From Trueperaceae bacterium (lineage in GTDB: Bacteria; Deinococcota; Deinococci; Deinococcales; Trueperaceae), in contig CBDCDZ010000004.1 of assembly GCA_965215565.1 (NCBI GenBank), positions 1,664,001 through 1,728,000 on the forward strand: a stretch of DNA of 64,000 nt, read 5' to 3'. Every line of letters starts with the position of its first letter. The first letter of the stretch is position 1. Below, in pieces: positions 58,299 to 64,000 of this stretch. The notes under the pieces are model-generated. The model was not told the DNA's origin. It was given only the letters and a program-made list of their open reading frames with translations, and searched no databases. Position numbers and translations under genes: made by a program.

Positions 58299-60082
58299 CC
58301 TCGTACAGCGACCTGCACCTCTTCAAACACCTTCTCAAACAGGCGCGTCCGTACTGGCGTTCTATCGTCAGCCTCTTCGTCATCGACCTCTTAGCGACGC
58401 CGCTGGCGCTGCTCACGCCCGTCCCGCTGGCGCTCGCTGTAGACTACGTGCTGGGTGACAAAGCGTTTCCCGCGTTCTGGGCGAACCTCTTGCCTGACGC
58501 GCTCACGGGCTCGACCTCGGCGCTGCTCTTTTTTACGGTGGGTCTCGTCATCGCCGTCGCGCTCCTCACACAACTGCAAGCCCTCGGGCGCTCGCTCCTC
58601 AGCACCTACACAGGCGAGCGGCTGGTCTTGCAGTTTCGCAACCGCTTGTTTCACCACCTTCAGCGGCTCTCGCTCAGCTATCACGATAGGCAGGGCACAA
58701 CCGATTCGCTCTACCGCGTTCAATACGACGCCACCGCGATTCAAACCGTCGTCATCAACGGGCTTGCGCCCCTACTCACCACCTTTTTCACCGTCGGCGC
58801 GATGCTCGTCATCATGGCGCGTATCGAACTCAGCTTGGCGCTCGTGGCGCTCTTAGTGACGCCCGTGCTCTACGTCCTGACGCAGCTCTACCGCGCTCGG
58901 CTGCGCCGTCAGTGGAAAGAGGTCAAGAAGTTAGAAAGCAGCGCTATGTCCGTGGTGCAAGAGGTCTTAGCGGCGCAGCGCGTGGTCAAAGCGTTTCGCC
59001 GCGAAGACCACGAGCAAGCGAGGTTCGTAAGGCACTCGGAGGCGAGCATCAGCGCGAAGCTGCGCACGGTCATGTCCGAGGGCGCGTTCAACGTGATGAT
59101 TGGACTCACCACGGCGCTCGGCACGGCGGCGGTGCTCTTCATCGGCGTGCGGAGCATCCAAGCGGGGACGATGACAGTAGGCGCGTTGGTCCTCGTCATG
59201 TCGTACTTAGCGCAGCTTTACGGTCCCCTGAAAAGCATCGGCAAGCGCGTCGCGCAGCTTCAAAACGCCTTTGCGAGTGCGGAGCGAGCGTACGGGCTGC
59301 TGGATAAAACGCCCGAAGTGATGGAGATAAAGGACGCGAGAGGACTTAGGACGGCGAAAGGAAACGTCACCTTTCAAGAGGTCTCCTTTGCCTACCCGGA
59401 TGGTCCCGAAGTCTTGAGCAGTATCTCTTTCGAGGTCACGCCGGGAACTAAAGTCGGCATCGTCGGACGTACGGGCGCGGGCAAGTCCACCTTGATGAGC
59501 CTGCTCGTTCGCTTCTACGACCCAACTAGCGGACAGATTCTTTTAGACGGGGTGGACGTGCGGGACTACAAGCTGGACGATCTGCGCCGTCAGTACGCCA
59601 TCGTCTTGCAAGAGCCGCTGCTCTTTTCCTCCTCCATCGCCGAGAACATCGCCTACGGACGCCCTGGCGCAAACCAAAAAGAGATTGAAAAGGCTGCGCA
59701 AGCGGCGAACGCCCACGACTTCATCACGCACCTCCCGGACGGGTACGACACCCCGGTAGGTGACAGAGGTCTCAGGCTCTCGGGCGGCGAACGTCAACGG
59801 ATTGCGCTGGCACGAGCCTTTTTACGCGACGCGCCCCTCCTCATTCTGGACGAACCGACGAGTTCCGTGGACGTGCAGACCGAAGCGGGCATTACCCAAG
59901 CAATGGAGCGGCTGATGCAGGGGCGCACCACCTTCATGATCGCCCACCGCCTCAGCACGTTAGATAGCTGTGACCTGCTCTTGACCGTCGAGGATGGGCG
60001 TTTGGTAGACGAAACCAGGGAGGTTCGAAGGGCGCTCGCTGAGGTAGGGCAGGCGCAAGAACTCGAGGTCACTCATGCCTGA
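58295..60082 (+). CDS. ABC exporter, fused TMD-NBD (MsbA/NdvA-like)
   Basis: TM domain, GRTGAGKST, LSGGERQR, LILDEPT, IAHRLST. Confidence 0.92.
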   Translation: MTSYSDLHLFKHLLKQARPYWRSIVSLFVIDLLATPLALLTPVPLALAVDYVLGDKAFPAFWANLLPDALTGSTSALLFFTVGLVIAVALLTQLQALGRSLLSTYTGERLVLQFRNRLFHHLQRLSLSYHDRQGTTDSLYRVQYDATAIQTVVINGLAPLLTTFFTVGAMLVIMARIELSLALVALLVTPVLYVLTQLYRARLRRQWKEVKKLESSAMSVVQEVLAAQRVVKAFRREDHEQARFVRHSEASISAKLRTVMSEGAFNVMIGLTTALGTAAVLFIGVRSIQAGTMTVGALVLVMSYLAQLYGPLKSIGKRVAQLQNAFASAERAYGLLDKTPEVMEIKDARGLRTAKGNVTFQEVSFAYPDGPEVLSSISFEVTPGTKVGIVGRTGAGKSTLMSLLVRFYDPTSGQILLDGVDVRDYKLDDLRRQYAIVLQEPLLFSSSIAENIAYGRPGANQKEIEKAAQAANAHDFITHLPDGYDTPVGDRGLRLSGGERQRIALARAFLRDAPLLILDEPTSSVDVQTEAGITQAMERLMQGRTTFMIAHRLSTLDSCDLLLTVEDGRLVDETREVRRALAEVGQAQELEVTHA

Positions 60083-61067
60083 CGTGATGGACAACGCATT
60101 AGCGCAAGAGGTTGAACGCGCCACTATGCGGCGCACGGGGCAAGGGGAAAAGGTGGACACGCTCGAGCAGCGCACCGTTGGCGCGGACCTCTATTCTTAC
60201 GAAACGCGCTTAGTTGACGTGACGTTCACCTCGGGCAAAAAAGAGACCTACTTCCTCAAGGACTTCGGCAGCTCGAGGCTCCCCAAGGACGAATCCTTGC
60301 GGCAGCGGCGCGAGCGCGAACTGGCGGTGTACGAAGAGATTCTCGCGGGCTCGTCACTCGGTGAGCCCGACTATATCGGCAAGGTGTGGAACAAAGCAAG
60401 AGGTCAATTTTGGTTGCTCTTAGAGTACGTCCCCGGCGAAGAGTTGAGCTACTGCGAGTTCGAACACTGGGTCAGCGCCGCCGCTTGGCTCGGGCGCTTT
60501 CAAGGGTATATCAAGGCGCATCCTGAGCACCTGGAGCACCCCACGCTTTTACGTCACGACGCGGCGTTTTTTCTCGAGAAAAGTAAACAGGCTCGAGAGG
60601 TTACAGCGCAAGTTTCGGACGAGTTTTCAAAGCGTCTAGCGCCGATTGTTCAGACGTACGACGCCGCAACCGAACACATCACCGCGCAACCCATAACGCT
60701 CGTCCACGGCGCGTACCGCCCGCACAACATTCTCATCCGCAAAGACCCATACTGCGTCGCCCCTACCGATTGGGAGAGCGCCGCGCTCGGCACGCCGCTC
60801 TACGACTTCGCATGTCTAGCGGACGGCTTTGAGGGAGAACAGTTAGAGCAACTCTGGGGTGCGTTCAGCGCCGAGGCGACGATAAGAGGTCTCACCCTGC
60901 CCGGCGAGCGAGAGATGCAGCTTCACCTCGCGTATGTGCGGCTCTACCGCGTGATGTACTGGCTCAGCTTGACGGTAGAGAACGGGGATTCTTTGGAACA
61001 CACGCAAGGCATCATCGCGTTAGCGGAAGACCTTCACGAGAGGCTCGAGCGAAGCGTAACACCATGA
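60075..61067 (+). CDS. APH/choline-kinase-like phosphotransferase fold protein
   Basis: YFLKD, WLLLEYVPG, TLVHGAYRPHNILI, TDWE, PLYD. Confidence 0.75.
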   Translation: MPDVMDNALAQEVERATMRRTGQGEKVDTLEQRTVGADLYSYETRLVDVTFTSGKKETYFLKDFGSSRLPKDESLRQRRERELAVYEEILAGSSLGEPDYIGKVWNKARGQFWLLLEYVPGEELSYCEFEHWVSAAAWLGRFQGYIKAHPEHLEHPTLLRHDAAFFLEKSKQAREVTAQVSDEFSKRLAPIVQTYDAATEHITAQPITLVHGAYRPHNILIRKDPYCVAPTDWESAALGTPLYDFACLADGFEGEQLEQLWGAFSAEATIRGLTLPGEREMQLHLAYVRLYRVMYWLSLTVENGDSLEHTQGIIALAEDLHERLERSVTP

Positions 61068-62221
61068 CTATCCTCGTCGGCTCCGTCATCTCGCGCTATC
61101 CGTGCGTCCCCGGCTCGGCCCTGAACCGCCTTAACTTCATCGCTGGCTTGCAGCGTTTGGGGCGTGAGGTCTACTTCGTCGAGGAGATAGGCGCGGACGC
61201 TTGTGTGGACGCAAGAGGTGAACCGTGCCCTTACGGAGCGAGCGCCAACCGTGACCTCTTCTTAGAATTGATGGCGCAGTTCGGGCTCAGTGAACGTTCT
61301 TGTCAGGTTTTTGCAAGCGGCGAGCAAACGGCGGGTTTGACCTTAAAAGAACTCCTCAACCGCACGAAAGACGCCCTGCTCATCAACATGTCGGGGCATG
61401 TGACATTGGAATCTGTCCTCTCCAACGCCGCCCGCCGCGTTTACGTAGACCAAGACCCCGTCTATACGCAACTGTGGCGCTCCAAATACGAGGTGAATTT
61501 GAACTTCGACGCGCACGAGGTGTTCTTCTCCGTCGGCTTGAACATCGGCACAGAGCACAGCCCCATCCCCGACGCGGGCGTGACGTGGCAGCCTCTTTTA
61601 CCCGTCATCGTGCCTGAGTTGTGGTCTGACGCGGATACAGATAAAACGCCCAGCGAAACCGGACGCTTCACCACCATCGCGTCGTGGAGTGGCTACGGGG
61701 ACCTCGAGTATAACGGCGAGTGGTACGGCGCAAAGCACGAGATGTTCACTGCCTTTGCCGAGTTGCCCAAGCTCAGCGGACAACCTTTCGAAGTCGCCCT
61801 CAAAAGCTACCGCGACGAAGACGAAGGGATTCGAGTATTACGGCGCGGTGGCTGGTGCATCTCGTCGGCTAAGGGCCTCACCTCTTTGGACAGGTATAGG
61901 CACTTCATCACTCATTCCAAGGCGGAAATCGGCATTGCCAAAACCGCTTACGTCAAGGGCAACTCGGGCTGGTTCAGTGACCGAGCCGCGCACTATTTAG
62001 CGAGCGGGCGTCCTATCTTGGCGCAATCCACGGGCTTTGAAAGAGTCCTGCCAACAGGGGAAGGGGTAGTGACGTTCGAGACGCTGGAGGACGCTGCTGT
62101 GGGCGCAGACCTCATTAGCGCTGAGTACAGCGAACACGCTAAAGCTGCTCGAGCCTTCGCTGGTGAGTATCTCGACTACCGCAAGGTGCTACCGGAGATG
62201 TTGGAACGTTGTTTAGATTAG
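61064..62221 (+). CDS. Putative GT-B glycosyltransferase-like protein
   Basis: YVDQDPVYTQ, SKAEIGIAK, SGWFSDRAAHYLASGRP. Paralog of 62467-63615. Confidence 0.65.
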   Translation: MTILVGSVISRYPCVPGSALNRLNFIAGLQRLGREVYFVEEIGADACVDARGEPCPYGASANRDLFLELMAQFGLSERSCQVFASGEQTAGLTLKELLNRTKDALLINMSGHVTLESVLSNAARRVYVDQDPVYTQLWRSKYEVNLNFDAHEVFFSVGLNIGTEHSPIPDAGVTWQPLLPVIVPELWSDADTDKTPSETGRFTTIASWSGYGDLEYNGEWYGAKHEMFTAFAELPKLSGQPFEVALKSYRDEDEGIRVLRRGGWCISSAKGLTSLDRYRHFITHSKAEIGIAKTAYVKGNSGWFSDRAAHYLASGRPILAQSTGFERVLPTGEGVVTFETLEDAAVGADLISAEYSEHAKAARAFAGEYLDYRKVLPEMLERCLD

Positions 62222-62248
62222 AGGAAGCTGTTAGACAAAAATGAACCA

Positions 62249-62414
62249 TGTCATTCTGAATGGAGCGTCAGCCCTTACAGGATAGACTCCATGAAGAATC
62301 TCTGACTTTGCCGACTCCTATGGCTGAGAAGCGAAAGGTGAGACCCTTCGCAATCCGTTTCGTTTTCCAACCGCAGGACAAATCAGAGCAACGTTGCAGA
62401 GGCTCAGGGTGGCA
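62249..62414. repeat. Dispersed palindromic repeat family C, copy 2
   Basis: TGTCATTCTGAA...CTCAGGGTGGCA ends. Internal CCCTTACAGGATAGACTCC. Confidence 0.6.
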
Positions 62415-62466
62415 TGGAAAAAGAAATTTGTAACGAAAAATCGACCTGTCAACGAAAAGGACGGAT

Positions 62467-63615
62467 ATGAAAGTCATCTTAGGAAGTCAAAAGTCAAGCG
62501 GCGTGCCGGAATTTGCGGGCTCGAGCTGGGTGCGCTTGCAGTACATGTTGGGACTCCGCGCCTTAGGCGTCGAGAGCTACTGGGTGGACCGCTTACCTGA
62601 GGTCAAATCCGATAAAAACCCGCACAGCCTAGACTACCTCACTAAACGATTTGCCGCGATGATGAAACAGTTTGGTTTAGAGAATAACTATTGCATCGTC
62701 TATAACGGCGGCGAGCAGCATTTTGGGATGAGCGAAGAAGAACTCAGTGGACTCGCGGACGAGGCGGACGTGCTCATCAACATCAGCGGGCACTTGCCGG
62801 AAAGCTCCCCCTTGATGCGCGTCCCGCGCCGTGCCTACGTAGATGTGGACCCCGGTTTTACGCAAATTTGGGCGCACGAAGTCGATATGAACTTCGGTAA
62901 GCACACACACTTCTTCACCATCGGGCAGACCGTGGGCACGCCCGACTTTAAGATTCCACTGCAAGGGATTGACTGGCATGTCATCCGCCCGCCGATTGCG
63001 CTGAGCGAGTGGACGCCGAATATAAGCGAGTCGCACACGCGCTTTTCCACCATCGCCGACTGGCGCGGCTCGCAAGAGGCGATTTTCGAAGGGGTCTATC
63101 ACGGCGGCAAGCGCGACGAGTTCGTCAAGTTTTTGCGGCTGCCCCCCTACACAGGCGAACGCTTCGAGTTGGCGCTCTGCATCGGGCAGCACGACTATGA
63201 GGATTTAGGGCTCTTGGACGGGCACTTGTGGAAAGTTCAAAATTTTGCTCAGTATACGGGCGACGTTGAGAGCTACCGGGAGTTTATCCAGGACTCGAGG
63301 GCCGAATTCAGCGTTGCTAAAGGGGGTTACGTGCGCTCGAATAGCGGCTGGGTGAGTGACCGGACGGCGTGTTACTTAGCCTCCGGCAAACCTGCGCTCG
63401 TGCAGTCCACCGGGTTTGAGAAGCAGTTGCCGACAGGAAAGGGCTTGATTACGTTTGAGACGTTAGACGAAGCAGTCAAAGGCGTTGAAGCGATTAACGC
63501 GAATTATCTCTCTCACGCGGAAGCGGCGCGGAAGATTGCCGAAGAGTATTTCGACTCAGCGAAGATTTTACCCGCGATGTTGGAGCATGTTGGGTTAGGC
63601 GTTGGTGCAAACTAA
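62467..63615 (+). CDS. Putative GT-B glycosyltransferase-like protein
   Basis: YVDVDPGFTQ, SRAEFSVAK, SGWVSDRTACYLASGKP. Confidence 0.65.
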   Translation: MKVILGSQKSSGVPEFAGSSWVRLQYMLGLRALGVESYWVDRLPEVKSDKNPHSLDYLTKRFAAMMKQFGLENNYCIVYNGGEQHFGMSEEELSGLADEADVLINISGHLPESSPLMRVPRRAYVDVDPGFTQIWAHEVDMNFGKHTHFFTIGQTVGTPDFKIPLQGIDWHVIRPPIALSEWTPNISESHTRFSTIADWRGSQEAIFEGVYHGGKRDEFVKFLRLPPYTGERFELALCIGQHDYEDLGLLDGHLWKVQNFAQYTGDVESYREFIQDSRAEFSVAKGGYVRSNSGWVSDRTACYLASGKPALVQSTGFEKQLPTGKGLITFETLDEAVKGVEAINANYLSHAEAARKIAEEYFDSAKILPAMLEHVGLGVGAN

Positions 63616-63682
63616 AGGTGTTTTGGCTGGCAGAAGCTACAAGAGGAAAGTTTTTCGTCAACTAGACGTCGAACTACAATAC

Positions 63683-64000
63683 TTACAGTTTTTTAGGGGA
63701 CCTCGAGACTTCAATGTTCCCCGTCTCGTTCGTCCGCAGTTTATGAACTGAACCCGCAAACATCACAAGACCGAGCCACGCTGCGCAGGAGTAGATAAAG
63801 AGCCAAAGTCCATGGAGCCCGTCAAAGTTGAAGCCGCTGCCGGGCTCCCTCCCAACCGTGAGGACAAAGGCTATAGCGCGGACGCTGCTGAGCGTGCCAA
63901 AAACAGCGAGGATTGAAGCGGTGAGGGGCAAACCCGTGACCCACATGGGAAAGTGGCGTGCGCAGAAAAGCGCCAGGACCCAGAGGGCAAGCGTGAGAAG
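63683..64000 (-). CDS. Hypothetical membrane protein (5' end outside window)
   Basis: Frame is open to the window edge (LLTLALWVLALFCARHFPMW...), with hydrophobic segments. Confidence 0.5.
   Translation of the reverse strand, partial: LLTLALWVLALFCARHFPMWVTGLPLTASILAVFGTLSSVRAIAFVLTVGREPGSGFNFDGLHGLWLFIYSCAAWLGLVMFAGSVHKLRTNETGNIEVSRSPKKL

Overview
This is a GC-rich bacterial chromosomal window, probably Deinococcota (Truepera-like). That is an inference from the many leaderless genes with a TANNNT box 5-7 nt before the ATG, a giant TamB and a CTCGAG excess. In order it carries: CoxF/D/E/XdhC-type molybdoenzyme maturation genes, a Phd-VapC pair, tyrA, a lipoprotein S1 protease, betC, a frameshifted map, rpmE, pdhAB, cpdB, a ~3070-aa TamB, trpC, a Wadjet (jetABCD) operon whose jetA has an in-frame TAG, a second Phd-VapC pair, an M16 peptidase pair, rel, an aminotransferase-IV/sulfotransferase-like operon, PduO plus two signal-less BtuF-like proteins, and a 7-gene glycan cluster built around a GH-A/GT2 fusion. 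The most striking unannotated signal is non-coding. Eight intergenic copies of a ~111-bp MITE-like element have TAGC...GCTA ends and 3-bp target duplications, and one copy is inserted into a REP palindrome. These copies are in turn interrupted by 21-24-nt modules, some nested inside one another, which looks like a layered set of very small mobile DNAs. All calls were made by eye, with no database searches.
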